From positions 32,001 through 96,000 of the forward strand of contig CAWEWF010000002.1 in NCBI GenBank assembly GCA_963812605.1: 64,000 nucleotides of DNA, in the 5' to 3' direction. This DNA comes from an uncultured Verrucomicrobiae bacterium. Lineage in GTDB: Bacteria > Verrucomicrobiota > Verrucomicrobiia > Palsa-1439. Below are positions 18,774-29,471 of the stretch, in pieces; position 1 is the first letter of the stretch; each line of letters begins with the position of its first letter. Under the pieces are notes generated by a model, which did not search any database, was not told the DNA's origin, and saw nothing but the letters and a program-made list of their open reading frames with translations. A program made the translations under genes and the position numbers.

Positions 18774-20207
18774 ATGTTGTTAAAGAAGACAAAGAGCGAC
18801 GGGTGCGGTGCGGCACTCTTTCTAGCGCGGGCCGTGACCATCCTGGCGGTCATGTTTGCCGCCCCGGCTTCCATTCGAGCTGCCGATAATCCCACAGTGT
18901 GTGTGCTGACCATTCACGAGGAGATCACACCCAATACGCTGTATCTTGTCCGGCGCGGGTTGCGTGAGGCGGAAGAGAAGAAGGCGGCGGCGGTCGTGAT
19001 CGAGATGCGGACGAATGGCGGCAGCGTGGACGCAATGGAAGACATTATCGGCCAGCTCGAGCGCGCGCCGATGAAGACCTACACGTACGTCGATGACAAG
19101 GCCTACTCGGCCGGGGCGTACATTGCCGCGGCCACGGATGAGATTTTCATGGCACCCGGCAGCGTGATTGGCGCCGCGACGCCCATCGTCGTTGGCAGTT
19201 CGGGGGTGCAGCAGTTGCCGAAGAGTGATGAGGAGAAAAATATCTCGGCAATGCGCGCACGGATCCGCAGTGCGGCGCAGGAGAAAGGCCATAACTCGGC
19301 AGTATTCGAAGCGATGGTCGACGCCGACCTCGGGTTGACCATTGACGGCAAGGAGATCACGCCCAAGGGCAAGCTATTGACCCTGACGAATGAAGAGGCG
19401 GCCCGCGAGTACGGACACCCACCCACCCCGCTATTGTCCGCGGGCACCGTAAAGTCTCTTGATGAGTTACTGCAAAAGGCGGGGTTGACGGGAGCCCGCA
19501 CATTCGAAGTGGCACCGTCCGGATTCGAGCAACTGGCGCGGTGGATCACGACCATCTCCCCGCTGCTCATCCTGGTTGGATTCCTGGCGTTGTACATTGA
19601 ACTGTCGCATCCCGGTGTGACGTTACCGGCGGTGGTGGCGGTGATTTGTTTCGCCATCTATTTCCTCGGCTATATTGTGGCGGGACTGGCGGGCTGGGAG
19701 GAAGTGGGGCTATTCGTTTTCGGGTTGTTGCTACTGGCGGTGGAGTTCTTCCTGTTTCCCGGCCATTTTCTCTCCGCGGCATTGGGCACGGTCGCCGTGC
19801 TGGCCGCGCTGGTGCTGGCCATGGCCGGCCATCTGCCGGGCGCGCCGATCCTGCCGGGCTGGGACCAGGTGCAGGTGCCACTGATGAAAGTCCTTGGAAG
19901 CGCGATCGGCGCTTTCCTGGCCGCGATGCTACTTGGTCGCTACCTGCCGAAGAGCACACTGTTTCGGAGAATGGAATTGGTGGCGGCGACGAGCACGGCG
20001 GAAGGATATACAACGAGTCTGGGCGAAGCCAAGGCTCTGCTCGGCGTGGCGGGTGTCGCGGAGACAAACCTGCGTCCGTCAGGCAAGGGACGTTTTGGCG
20101 ACAAGCTGGTGGATGTCGTTACGGAGGGCGATTTGATTGAAAAGGGCAAGCCGATCACGATTGTGGAAGTCCAGGGCAGCCGCGTCGTGGTGAAAGCCGT
20201 GGCCTAG
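18774..20207 (+). CDS. NfeD-family membrane protein with N-terminal ClpP-like domain (YqeZ-like)
   Basis: TNGGSVDA, AYSAGAYIA, MAPGSVIGAATP; TM region; C-terminal OB-fold LRPSGKG...VDVVTEG. Confidence 0.9.
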   Translation: MLLKKTKSDGCGAALFLARAVTILAVMFAAPASIRAADNPTVCVLTIHEEITPNTLYLVRRGLREAEEKKAAAVVIEMRTNGGSVDAMEDIIGQLERAPMKTYTYVDDKAYSAGAYIAAATDEIFMAPGSVIGAATPIVVGSSGVQQLPKSDEEKNISAMRARIRSAAQEKGHNSAVFEAMVDADLGLTIDGKEITPKGKLLTLTNEEAAREYGHPPTPLLSAGTVKSLDELLQKAGLTGARTFEVAPSGFEQLARWITTISPLLILVGFLALYIELSHPGVTLPAVVAVICFAIYFLGYIVAGLAGWEEVGLFVFGLLLLAVEFFLFPGHFLSAALGTVAVLAALVLAMAGHLPGAPILPGWDQVQVPLMKVLGSAIGAFLAAMLLGRYLPKSTLFRRMELVAATSTAEGYTTSLGEAKALLGVAGVAETNLRPSGKGRFGDKLVDVVTEGDLIEKGKPITIVEVQGSRVVVKAVA

Positions 20208-20216
20208 GGAATCGAC

Positions 20217-20693
20217 ATGAACTGGACGGCCATTGTCCTGTTAACGGTGGTGGGACTGGTGTTCATCGCCGTGGAGTTTTATCTGCCCAGTCTGGTGCTG
20301 GGGAGTATCGGGGCGGTGCTGATGTTGTTCGCGACGGCAATTTGTTACAGTAATACGGGCAGCCGGGACGAGACGCTGGTCTTGTTCGGTGTGGAGATGG
20401 TGCTGGGCATTGGCGTGGGTTACGCATCCATCAAATACTTCCCACGAACGGCCATGGGCAGAAAAATGATTTTGGCAAAGATGGAAACGGGAGCCAGCGC
20501 CCCAACGGAGCGGGTGAAGGATTGGATCGGACGAGAAGGGGTTGCACAGACCGTGTTGCGACCCGCTGGCCTGGCGCTGATCGGCGGGCAGCGGTTGGAT
20601 GTGGAGGCCGAATCCGGCATGATTGAAAGCGGCAGCCCCATCAAGATTGTGGCAGTGCACAAAAATCGACTCGTGGTAAAAAAACTTGGTTAA
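20217..20693 (+). CDS. Short NfeD-like protein
   Basis: TM helices followed by [14 protein letters not shown]...LDVEAESG.I. Confidence 0.85.
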   Translation: MNWTAIVLLTVVGLVFIAVEFYLPSLVLGSIGAVLMLFATAICYSNTGSRDETLVLFGVEMVLGIGVGYASIKYFPRTAMGRKMILAKMETGASAPTERVKDWIGREGVAQTVLRPAGLALIGGQRLDVEAESGMIESGSPIKIVAVHKNRLVVKKLG

Positions 20694-20706
20694 AGGACAC
20701 GGAATT

Positions 20707-21738
20707 ATGGAAAATATTGGCTCACTCATTGCGATGGCGGCCCTGGCGATTGCCGGCATTTTCGCGTTGATCGCCTTCTTCGTGGTGATCTCGTTTATCA
20801 ACATCTGGATTCAAGCGCGCATGACCGGCGCGCCGGTGTCGTTCCTGACGCTGTTGAGCATGCGGCTGCGGCGGGTACCCATCGCGTTGGTGGTCCAAAG
20901 CCGCATTACCGCGGTAAAAGCCGGTATACCGCTTACCACCGACCAGCTTGAAGCGCACTATCTGGCCGGCGGCAACGTCAACCAGGTCGTTCGCGCCCTC
21001 ATCGCCGCGGAGAAAGCCAACCTGAATCTCGGCTTCAACCAGGCCGCCGCCATCGACCTCGCCACCCACCAGTCCGGCAAGAGCGTTTTCGAGGCCGTGA
21101 TGACCTCGGTGAATCCCAAAGTCATCGACTGCCCCAACCCGGCCAGCGGCAAGCAGACAATTGCCGCTGTTGCCAAGGATGGCATCCAGCTCCAGGTCAA
21201 GGCACGCGTCACGGTACGCACGCACCTCGACCGGTTCGTCGGCGGCGCGACGGAAGAAACCATCATTGCCCGCGTCGGCGAAGGCATCGTCACCGCCATT
21301 GGCTCCGCCAATTCCTACAAGGACGTGCTTGAGAACCCCGACACGATCTCCAAGCGCGTGTTGGAAAAGGGTCTCGATGCCAGCACGGCGTTTGGCATCA
21401 TGTCCATTGATATCGCGGACGTGGATGTCGGCGACAACATCGGCGCGCGCCTGCAGCAGGAACAAGCCGAGGCCAACAAGCAAATGGCCATCGCCAACGC
21501 CGAAACGCGCCGCGCCATCGCCGTAGCCAATGAACAGGAAATGAAGGCCCGGACGCAGGAAATGCGCGCGAAGGTCGTCGAAGCGGAAGCCCAAATCCCG
21601 ATGGCCATGGCGGAAGCCTTCCGTAGCGGTCGGCTCGGCGTCATGGATTACTATCGCATGCAAAACATCCAATCGGACACGCGCATGCGCCAATCGATCG
21701 CCGGCGAAGACGTCAGCAAATCCGGCACGGCCAGCTAA
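20707..21738 (+). CDS. floA: Flotillin-like protein FloA (YqfA)
   Basis: [59 protein letters not shown]. Confidence 0.93.
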   Translation: MENIGSLIAMAALAIAGIFALIAFFVVISFINIWIQARMTGAPVSFLTLLSMRLRRVPIALVVQSRITAVKAGIPLTTDQLEAHYLAGGNVNQVVRALIAAEKANLNLGFNQAAAIDLATHQSGKSVFEAVMTSVNPKVIDCPNPASGKQTIAAVAKDGIQLQVKARVTVRTHLDRFVGGATEETIIARVGEGIVTAIGSANSYKDVLENPDTISKRVLEKGLDASTAFGIMSIDIADVDVGDNIGARLQQEQAEANKQMAIANAETRRAIAVANEQEMKARTQEMRAKVVEAEAQIPMAMAEAFRSGRLGVMDYYRMQNIQSDTRMRQSIAGEDVSKSGTAS

Positions 21739-21742
21739 CACC

Positions 21743-22324
21743 GTGAAACTTGCCGACATGCAAGGCCTGATTTGGGCGATCATTGTCGTGGTAGTTGCCC
21801 TCGTCAAAGGCCTGACGAAACTGGCGAAGCCGGCTGATGAAGACACGGCTGACTCGGTCGAGACGCCGCCGGTGGCCGCCCCAAGGCCGTCGCGTCCGCG
21901 GCCACAACCACGCCCACAACCGCAGCCACGTCCGCCGGTTGTGCCCGCCCCGCGGCTCCCTCCGCCGCTCCAGCGGACTGCGGCGCCTCTGGGCCCTCGT
22001 CCTGTTGCTGCGCCGGCGGGTGAAGCTAGAAAAATCGATGCGGATCAGATCCGCCGCTTTATCGAACAGCTAAGTGGCCAGACCGCAGCGCCGCCACCGG
22101 TTGCTGCGCCACCCGTTCCCACTGCGGCGCCTCCTTCTCTGCCTCCGCAACCAGAGGCCGTCCTGGACACGACAGACCCAAAACAAACGATTGCAGACGC
22201 ACCGGCACCGGCGCAACCCTCCCGCGCCACGCAATGGGCGCAAGCCTTGCGCGATCGACAGAACGTCCGTAACATCGTTATCGCCGCTGAAATCATCGGT
22301 CCGCCCAGAGGCGAGTCAGCGTAG
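21743..22324 (+). CDS. Proline-rich membrane-anchored protein (YqfB-like position)
   Basis: N-terminal TM, Pro-rich linker, C-terminal IVIAAEIIGPPRG. Confidence 0.7.
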   Translation: MKLADMQGLIWAIIVVVVALVKGLTKLAKPADEDTADSVETPPVAAPRPSRPRPQPRPQPQPRPPVVPAPRLPPPLQRTAAPLGPRPVAAPAGEARKIDADQIRRFIEQLSGQTAAPPPVAAPPVPTAAPPSLPPQPEAVLDTTDPKQTIADAPAPAQPSRATQWAQALRDRQNVRNIVIAAEIIGPPRGESA

Positions 22325-22396
22325 TCAGCTCGCCGTTTGGCGCTCGAATGACAATTGCATGACAACTAATAGGGTTGCCTATTAGTTTGGTTTTTT

Positions 22397-22412
22397 TGGC
22401 ATTTCCAGTGCT
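22397..22412 (+). promoter_or_regulatory. Candidate sigma-54 promoter of the pilin gene
   Basis: TGGCATTTCCAGTGCT (GG-N10-GC) ~60 nt upstream of the ATG. Confidence 0.55.
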
Positions 22413-22474
22413 GCCAAATCTCTCCCGTAGGAACAGCAATAATTAACGTGATGCATAAAGGATTAGAGGGAATT

Positions 22475-22858
22475 ATGGCTTACGGTACTCTCAAACGGGA
22501 TAACCAGGGTTTTACCCTGGTGGAAATAATGATAGTCGTCGCAATTATTGGATTGTTGGCCGCGTTGGCGATCCCAGCGTTTGTCAAGGCGCGCAAACAA
22601 TCGCAGGGACGCCGCATTCTGAACGATTGCCGCCAGATGGATTCGGCCATCAACCAATGGGCTCTCGAAACCGGCCAGACGGATGGCAACACGATCGATA
22701 CCGTCGCCTCGCAGAGTTACCTGAAGACTGCGTGGAACACGGTTGATTTGCTCGGCAATACTTACAGCCTGACCGTGGTTGGCTCCACCCAAATCTCGGT
22801 CAACACCTCGACCAAGTCGTCCCTGGATGGTGTGGGCATCGACTGGGGCGCGTATTGA
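22475..22858 (+). CDS. Type IV pilin / pseudopilin
   Basis: Prepilin motif QG|FTLVEIMIVVAIIGLLAALAIP. Confidence 0.92.
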   Translation: MAYGTLKRDNQGFTLVEIMIVVAIIGLLAALAIPAFVKARKQSQGRRILNDCRQMDSAINQWALETGQTDGNTIDTVASQSYLKTAWNTVDLLGNTYSLTVVGSTQISVNTSTKSSLDGVGIDWGAY

Positions 22859-23079
22859 TGATTCATCGGTGACCTTGTCGTGGCACGCTGCGACGCGCGG
22901 GAGCAAGGGGAACCCAGCACGCCGCAGCGTCGTCACGCGATTGAGCCCTCCACGATTCCGGGGGCAGTGCCAGAGCGGTCCTCTGTCAGCGGTGTAACAT
23001 TCCGCGTGTGAATCGGCTTGCTCTCGGTCTCCGAATTCCGTATTCGGATGCGGTGCTTATCCATCGACAGGGGGGCCTT

Positions 23080-23943
23080 ATGAAAATCGGAGTCATTGGC
23101 GGCAGCGGGCTTTACGAAATGGAGAGTATCGAGCGAAAGCGCTGGAACCGCGTGACGACGCCGTTTGGCAAACCATCCGACCAATACCTGAGCGGGCGCA
23201 TCGGCGCGCGCGAGGTCGTGTTTCTGCCGCGCCACGGACGCGGCCACACGATTCTGCCCAGCGAACTGAATCATCGGGCGAACATCTATGGCATGAAGAA
23301 GCTGGGGGTCACCCACATTATCAGCGTTACTGCGGTTGGCTCCTTGAAGGAAGCGTACCGACCGACCGACATTGTGATCATCGACCAGTTCTTCGATCGC
23401 ACGAAGCGGAGTGAAGCCTTCACCTTTTTTGGCGACGGCATGGTGGCGCACATCGCGTTTGCCGACCCGATCTGCCGACGCGTGCAGCAGATACTCGCGG
23501 CCTGCGCCCAGCGCGCGGCGGCGAACGTCCACGTAGGGGGCACTTATGTGAATATGGAAGGACCAGCATTCTCAACGCGCGCCGAGTCGCAGTTTCACCG
23601 CCAGATGGGTTGGGACGTGATTGGCATGACGAACTATGGCGAGGCGCGGTGTGCGCGGGAGGCGGAGATTTGCTACGCGACGCTGGCCATGGTGACCGAC
23701 TATGATTGCTGGCACGAAGCCCACGAGGCCGTCACGGTGGAAATGGTCGTGGCCAACCTGAAGAAGAACTCGAAGACCGCGCAGGAAATTATTCGTCGCG
23801 CCGTGGCGGTGCTCGACCCGGCGGCGGATTGCACCTGCCGTCACGCGCTGGCGACGGCGATTATGACACATAACCAGGTCCTGCGGCCGGCTACGCGGAA
23901 GAAGCTGGGTTTGCTCCTCGAGAAGTATTCCTCAAAGAAGTAA
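23080..23943 (+). CDS. mtnP: S-methyl-5'-thioadenosine phosphorylase
   Basis: IGVIGGSGLY, TPFGKPS, LPRHGRGH, MEGPAFSTRAES, VTDYDCW. Confidence 0.93.
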   Translation: MKIGVIGGSGLYEMESIERKRWNRVTTPFGKPSDQYLSGRIGAREVVFLPRHGRGHTILPSELNHRANIYGMKKLGVTHIISVTAVGSLKEAYRPTDIVIIDQFFDRTKRSEAFTFFGDGMVAHIAFADPICRRVQQILAACAQRAAANVHVGGTYVNMEGPAFSTRAESQFHRQMGWDVIGMTNYGEARCAREAEICYATLAMVTDYDCWHEAHEAVTVEMVVANLKKNSKTAQEIIRRAVAVLDPAADCTCRHALATAIMTHNQVLRPATRKKLGLLLEKYSSKK

Positions 23944-24149
23944 ATGAGGAGATGGGGCAACCACCTCTTTCAGTGCAACATGGGCGTTTGCGCGCGACGC
24001 CGGACGCTCACTATACCCAATGGAGGTCATAACAATAATGAGATTTGCCCAGGATCCGCGCACGAGCCTTTGCACTTCGCGCTTGTCGGCCCTCGATGAT
24101 ACCCCTACACTCCGTCGGATGCTCGAACGAAACTGCGAAAGGTTCACCC

Positions 24150-25301
24150 ATGAATAGCACTCGATACCGATTCTCGATGGCCACAATGGTTCGGATGGCC
24201 CTGTTGGCGGCCAGCCTGTTACTACCTGTCCACAGCAGCCGCGCAACTTCCATGGATGATTGGCCCGTCAAATTTCATCCGCACTTGGATCTCGGTTCGA
24301 CCTATAACGACAATATCACGATCTCCCACGATGACAAGCTCGGCGACTTTTCCTTTACAGTCAGCCCGGGATTACAGCTGGCCTACGGCAATGCCGATCA
24401 CAATTACTTGTCGCTCGATTACACGGCGGGAATCGAACGATTCTATCGTGACACGGAATTCGACGCCGTCAATCACTATGTCACCTTTCACAGTCTGTTC
24501 AGCTTCAGCCGGCTCAAACTGCAAATAGACCATGCGTTCAAGGATGAAGCCTCGGAAAACTTTCAGGCGGCTACGCGCATTAGGGAGGACCAAAACCTGA
24601 CCAGCATCAGCGCGGAATACAGCTTGAACCAGTATTTCTCGGTTGGCGCGCTGTACCATCAGGAATTCCACCATTTCCCAACTCCGGGGCAAATTGACTT
24701 TGAACTTTTTGAGCCGGGCGTGGCCTTGTACTATCATCTGTTGCCCAAGACGGATTTATTTGGGGAAGTCGATTATGGATGGGTCCTGGTGGCAAAGGGC
24801 GATGATGAACAATTCCAGAAAGTGAATGTTGGCGTGCGCGGCCAGATTACCAGCAAAATCAAGGGCCAACTCGAAGTCGGCTATGAAAATGATGATTTCG
24901 CCGGTTCCACTCCGAATATTGAAACCGTGGTCGCCAAGGTCACGTTGCATGCAGATTTTACGCGGCACACCTTCGCCGACCTCGTCGTCACGCGACAGGT
25001 CAATCCTTCGATTACCAATTCGGCCAGCTCCGTCACCACTACGCGCGCCGATTTTACGATCAACCAGAAAATCTACCGGGAAAAGTTTCTGGTCTACATC
25101 GGCGGCGCGTACGAACACGACGCTTACAGCGGTGTGAGCCGCACGGACGATATTTGGGAGGGACGCACGGGCGTCCGGTATTTCGCGACGAAGTGGCTGG
25201 ACTTTGGCGCGTCCTACCGCTACCAGCACGATGGATCGACGGTGAGCACAGTTTCGTTCGATCAGAACCTCGTGAGCGTCGATGCCCTTTTGCACTTCTG
25301 A
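24150..25301 (+). CDS. Outer-membrane beta-barrel protein associated with polysaccharide export
   Basis: Signal peptide, YNDNI motif, amphipathic strands, C-terminal Phe; directly upstream of wza-wzc. Confidence 0.75.
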   Translation: MNSTRYRFSMATMVRMALLAASLLLPVHSSRATSMDDWPVKFHPHLDLGSTYNDNITISHDDKLGDFSFTVSPGLQLAYGNADHNYLSLDYTAGIERFYRDTEFDAVNHYVTFHSLFSFSRLKLQIDHAFKDEASENFQAATRIREDQNLTSISAEYSLNQYFSVGALYHQEFHHFPTPGQIDFELFEPGVALYYHLLPKTDLFGEVDYGWVLVAKGDDEQFQKVNVGVRGQITSKIKGQLEVGYENDDFAGSTPNIETVVAKVTLHADFTRHTFADLVVTRQVNPSITNSASSVTTTRADFTINQKIYREKFLVYIGGAYEHDAYSGVSRTDDIWEGRTGVRYFATKWLDFGASYRYQHDGSTVSTVSFDQNLVSVDALLHF

Positions 25302-25498
25302 TCACCAGCACCGAAGAAGTGTGTAGCCGAATGAACACCTTGGCCAAAATCTGGACAAGAAAGGGCCTTGCGACCGTCCTTTAGCCTGCCCGTTGGCGCA
25401 TCCTGGCGACTGTTTTGCCGCACTAACCCGCGTCCCTGAACTACTTTACAGCGCTGGGGCGTTGCCATAGCAACCCGGTAGAGGGAAAGACTCGCTTT

Positions 25499-25606
25499 TG
25501 GCACGCGGGCCGCTGATGATAAGTATTCTGGACGGAATGGGATACGGCGAATTTGCCCCCACGCAGGCTGGTTTGCGGTTGACGCGGTTTCGAAAACGAG
25601 CATAAT
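25499..25606 (+). promoter_or_regulatory. Candidate tandem promoters upstream of wza (sigma-54 and sigma-70)
   Basis: TGGCACGCGGGCCGCT (25499-25514, GG-N10-GC) and TTGACG-16 nt-CATAAT (25579-25606). Confidence 0.5.
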
Positions 25607-25826
25607 TCAGTACAATCAAGCGGGGCGAACGCGGCCAACGCTACGGCCCGCAGTTGTTGGAATCAATTACGGTCTTCGATTGGCCGAGACTGGACGCGAG
25701 TGACGGACGAGTTATTTGATCGCTGGTGGCTGCATACGAACAGAATCGTTCCAAGAACATCGATCAGCCGAGTCCGTGCAGGAACATCAACGAGGTTTTT
25801 TGGTGCGTAGTTTGCTGAAGAAGCAT

Positions 25827-26546
25827 ATGGCAATGGCTGGACAGAATTTTTTTGAGGCACAAAAGTCAGCGCTCGCCCTCGCAGGTGGGGCATTGGGGCT
25901 CCTTCTCTGCCTGGCACTTGCGGCTTGCAGTTCGACCTCGACGCAGGTCAGCACGGTCACTCCTGCTGCGCCGCAACTTCCGCAAAGCGCGCCCGCTGTT
26001 TTACCGGATGCCCAAACAACCGCCAACAACCCGCCGTCCCTTCAAAACGATTATCGTATCCAGCCCCTGGACACGATCGATATCTCCGTTTTCAATGAAG
26101 CGGAGCTTTCCGTACAAAGACGCGTCTCGCCCCGAGGCTTCATTACGTATCCGATGGTGGGTCCGGTCCAGGTTGGCGGCCTGACCGTCGGGGAGACCGA
26201 AAGCAAACTCAAGGACTTGTTGGGACGCAGCTTCCTCGTCAATCCGCAGGTCACCATCTTGGTGAATCAAGCTACCAGCCGTCATATCGTCGTTCTCGGC
26301 CAGGTAAAATCACCGGGTTCCTATGACATTCCTTTTGAAGGGCTCACCTTGGTGCAGGCCATCGCGCGGGCGGGCGGATTCACCGATGTGGCGGCTACCG
26401 ACCGTGTTGTTGTGATCCGCTCTGAAAATGGCGAGGAAAAGAAGATCGTTGTCAATGTGGCCGCAATCATCAAGGGTGGAGACCGCGGCAAGGATCTCCA
26501 ACTGAAACCTGACGACGTTGTTTCCGTACCCGAAACCATTTTTTAA
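25827..26546 (+). CDS. wza: Polysaccharide export lipoprotein (short Wza/OPX; Poly_export + SLBB)
   Basis: Lipobox LAAC; YRIQPLD.I.ISVF.E.EL, G.ITYPMVG, VLGQVKSPG, AIARAGGF, LKPDDVV.VPE. Confidence 0.88.
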   Translation: MAMAGQNFFEAQKSALALAGGALGLLLCLALAACSSTSTQVSTVTPAAPQLPQSAPAVLPDAQTTANNPPSLQNDYRIQPLDTIDISVFNEAELSVQRRVSPRGFITYPMVGPVQVGGLTVGETESKLKDLLGRSFLVNPQVTILVNQATSRHIVVLGQVKSPGSYDIPFEGLTLVQAIARAGGFTDVAATDRVVVIRSENGEEKKIVVNVAAIIKGGDRGKDLQLKPDDVVSVPETIF

Positions 26547-26551
26547 CACCC

Positions 26552-28675
26552 ATGGAAACGCTTATTCCTTATAACCCTAACGGGCAGCCGCGCGCTCACG
26601 GCGGACACCGACCCACGGGCGGGGTGCATTGGCAACATTACTTCCTGATGATCCTCGAACACAAATGGGTGGCGCTTTTCTCGTTTCTGACCGTGTTGGC
26701 GATCAATCTCATCTACACCTATCACCAGACTCCCGTTTACCGGGCAACCGCTGCGCTGGAGGTGGCCGCGGAAACGATGAAGGTACTGAACATTCAGGAT
26801 GTGTTGAGCACCGATACGCGCGACGAACAATACATCAATACGCAAATCAAGATTATGCAGAGCCGCACGCTCTGCGAGCAGGTCGTCCAGACATTGCAAT
26901 TGGACAAGAATCCCAGCTTTCTCGCGCATGCAGGCGCCCAAGCCGACCTCGCCGGGGCGCTCCAGTCATATCTCAGCGTCGAGCCGGAACGAAACACCTC
27001 CATTGTCGATATTCACGCGGATCACCCGGACCCGCAACTGGCGGCGGATCTCGCCGACGGGGTGGCTCAACAATTCATCAAGCAGAACCTCGAAAAGAAG
27101 ATGCTGGCCTCGACGGACGCCGTTCGCATGCTGCGCGAACAGGCTGACGAATACAAAATCAAGGTCGAAAAATCCGAATTGGCGCTGACCCAATACCGAC
27201 AACGCACGCAGTCCAGCGAAGAAAACCAGGCCAACGTGGTTGACAAGCTAAAGGACCTCAACAACGCCGTGACCCAGGCGCAGAAGACGCGCCTCGCCGC
27301 CGAAGCCGAATGGAACGGGATCAAAGCCCAGTTGGATGCCGGGCGCAGTGCGTCAGAAATACCGACCATTATGAACAACTCAAAGGTCAGTGATCTGCGC
27401 AAGCAATTGAACGACAAGCAAATTACCCTCGCCGTCCTGCGGGAGCGCTATCGCGAACAGCATCCGTCGATGGTCGCCATCCAGACGGAGCTGAACGAGA
27501 TTACGGATAAACTCACCAATGCCTGCAACGATGCCGTCGCAGCTGTGCAAGCCGAGTATTTAATGGCCAAAGCGAAGGAAGAAAGTCTGCAGAAGGCGCT
27601 CCACGAACAGGAACAGGAAGCGATGGTGATGGACGGCAAGCAGCCCGATTACAACATGCTCAAGCGCAACGCCGAGGCTGACCGCCAGCTTTACGACTCG
27701 ATCCTCACCCGCATCAAGGAAACCGGCGTTAACGATAAGTTGCAATTCAATAATATCCGGCTCATCGATCCTGTTCAGGTCCCGGGCGCTCCGTTCAAGC
27801 CGCAGAAAGGCCGCAACCTGGCAATCGGACTCTTCCTCGGCGTCAGCGCCGCTTTCGCCGCCTGCTATTTGCTCAACACGTTAGACGACAAGATCAAGAC
27901 CTACGAGGATATCGACTCGCTCGGACTGCCGCTACTCACGGGCGTGCCGCGCATCACTCTCAAGGACGCTTCGCAAAACGGCCGCGTGCTTCAAGCCGAC
28001 CCGCATTCCATCTCCGCCGAAGCATTTCGCAATTTGCGCGCGAGCATCAGCCTGAAGCCGGAGGCGAATTCGGCCAAGCCGCTGCTGGTCACCAGCACCG
28101 CGCCCGGGGAAGGCAAGTCCGTCGTCTCGGCCAACCTCGCGATTGCCTTCGCAGCCAACAAACAACGCACGCTGCTGATTGATTGCGATCTGCACCATCC
28201 GGTGCAACACCGGGTTTTCCCGTCCGATCCCGACAAGGGGATCTCACTTTACCTGACGAGCAATGCGACGCTGCCAGAGGTTGTCCAACCGACGGACATT
28301 CCCAATCTCGATGTGCTTCACGTTGGCAGCGTACCCCCCAATGCGACGGAATTGCTTGGGTCGGAGCGCATCCGCGAGCTGATCGCCGAGGCGTGCGAGC
28401 AATATGACCGCGTCGTCATCGACAGCCCGCCGGTCACCGCTGTCAGCGATCCGCTGGTGCTGCTGCCTTATGTGCAAGGGGTGATTTATGTCATCGGCTT
28501 TGGCAAGACTCGTCGTGAAATCGTCTCGCGCACCATGCAACGGCTGCGTGAGTGTGGTGCCCCGCTTGTCGGTGTGGTGATGAACAACATCGATCAGGAA
28601 CTGCACGGATTTTACTACTATCCGTACAAGTATTCCTACTATCACAAGAAGCGGAAGGGGAATGGCGCCGCGTAG
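26552..28675 (+). CDS. wzc: Polysaccharide co-polymerase / BY-kinase
   Basis: Two TMs around a coiled coil; AEAFRNLR, GEGKS, LLIDCDL, VIDSPP; Tyr cluster GFYYYPYKYSYY. Confidence 0.93.
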   Translation: METLIPYNPNGQPRAHGGHRPTGGVHWQHYFLMILEHKWVALFSFLTVLAINLIYTYHQTPVYRATAALEVAAETMKVLNIQDVLSTDTRDEQYINTQIKIMQSRTLCEQVVQTLQLDKNPSFLAHAGAQADLAGALQSYLSVEPERNTSIVDIHADHPDPQLAADLADGVAQQFIKQNLEKKMLASTDAVRMLREQADEYKIKVEKSELALTQYRQRTQSSEENQANVVDKLKDLNNAVTQAQKTRLAAEAEWNGIKAQLDAGRSASEIPTIMNNSKVSDLRKQLNDKQITLAVLRERYREQHPSMVAIQTELNEITDKLTNACNDAVAAVQAEYLMAKAKEESLQKALHEQEQEAMVMDGKQPDYNMLKRNAEADRQLYDSILTRIKETGVNDKLQFNNIRLIDPVQVPGAPFKPQKGRNLAIGLFLGVSAAFAACYLLNTLDDKIKTYEDIDSLGLPLLTGVPRITLKDASQNGRVLQADPHSISAEAFRNLRASISLKPEANSAKPLLVTSTAPGEGKSVVSANLAIAFAANKQRTLLIDCDLHHPVQHRVFPSDPDKGISLYLTSNATLPEVVQPTDIPNLDVLHVGSVPPNATELLGSERIRELIAEACEQYDRVVIDSPPVTAVSDPLVLLPYVQGVIYVIGFGKTRREIVSRTMQRLRECGAPLVGVVMNNIDQELHGFYYYPYKYSYYHKKRKGNGAA

Positions 28676-28827
28676 CGCTCCTCGCGTGGAGCGGTGTAAG
28701 GTGTGCCGCGATGTGTTGCGGCCGACAAAGGAGTGAAGGAAGTTGGCCGGCATTCGCGTCGGAGCGCAGGCAATGCACCGGAATGGCGGCAGCTTGCCCG
28801 GACTGTACAAACACCGGTATTTAAGCA

Positions 28828-29400
28828 ATGTTTGATCCTGTGAACAATGAGGCCACTTCCCGACGGAATGCCGCGGCGGTCGATCCCCTGCCGAATGCGA
28901 CGCGCTGGCTGTGCGTCCATACGCGTCCACGCAAGGAAGCCGGCGCAGAACGGTACTGTCGCGAGGTGCTGGGCTTCGACACCTATTATCCGCGGCTCAA
29001 GCACCTCAAAACCATTCGTCGCGTCAAACGGTGGGTCGTCGGCCCCTTGTTTCCCCGCTACTTTTTCTGTCGTTTGAATCTGGCCCAAAGTTTCCGTGCC
29101 GTGCAATATGCGCCCCAAGTCGTCGGCGTCGTCAGCTTCGGCGGCCGCCCTACCCCTGTCGATGACACCATCATCGAGCAACTCCAGCAATGGGCGGGAG
29201 AGGCGGTTGACATCGTGACGGTGCGGCCCGGCTTTCACCCCGGCGATCTCGTCGAGATCGCGGATGGGCCGTTGCGTGGACTGCAGGCAGTCGTTCTACA
29301 GGAAATGAGCGACCGCGACCGCGTGGCCGTTCTGCTTTCAACCCTGGGTTGCCAGGCCCGGTTGATCGTCAGCCGTTCCCAACTCGTGGACGCGTCGTAG
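28828..29400 (+). CDS. NusG paralog (RfaH/UpxY-like antiterminator)
   Basis: WLCVHTRPRKE, PLFPRYFF, VSFGG.P.PV; KOW motif PGDLVEIADGPLRGL. Confidence 0.9.
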   Translation: MFDPVNNEATSRRNAAAVDPLPNATRWLCVHTRPRKEAGAERYCREVLGFDTYYPRLKHLKTIRRVKRWVVGPLFPRYFFCRLNLAQSFRAVQYAPQVVGVVSFGGRPTPVDDTIIEQLQQWAGEAVDIVTVRPGFHPGDLVEIADGPLRGLQAVVLQEMSDRDRVAVLLSTLGCQARLIVSRSQLVDAS

Positions 29401-29471
29401 ACGCGGGCGGGCCGTTTCGAGACTGCTATTCCAGCGCCTGGTCGGGCTGCTTCGGCTGGCAGTATCTCAAT

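Noticed and set aside
20722-21846. Long antisense ORFs (also 31101..32306, 53014..54087, 11734..12552)
   Set aside because: They are shadows of well-supported plus-strand genes in GC-rich DNA and have no recognisable motifs.
22876-22940. ncRNA after the pilin gene
   Set aside because: Only a GC-rich stem (ACGCTGCG/CGCAGCGT); compatible with a simple terminator or stabiliser, with nothing further to support it.
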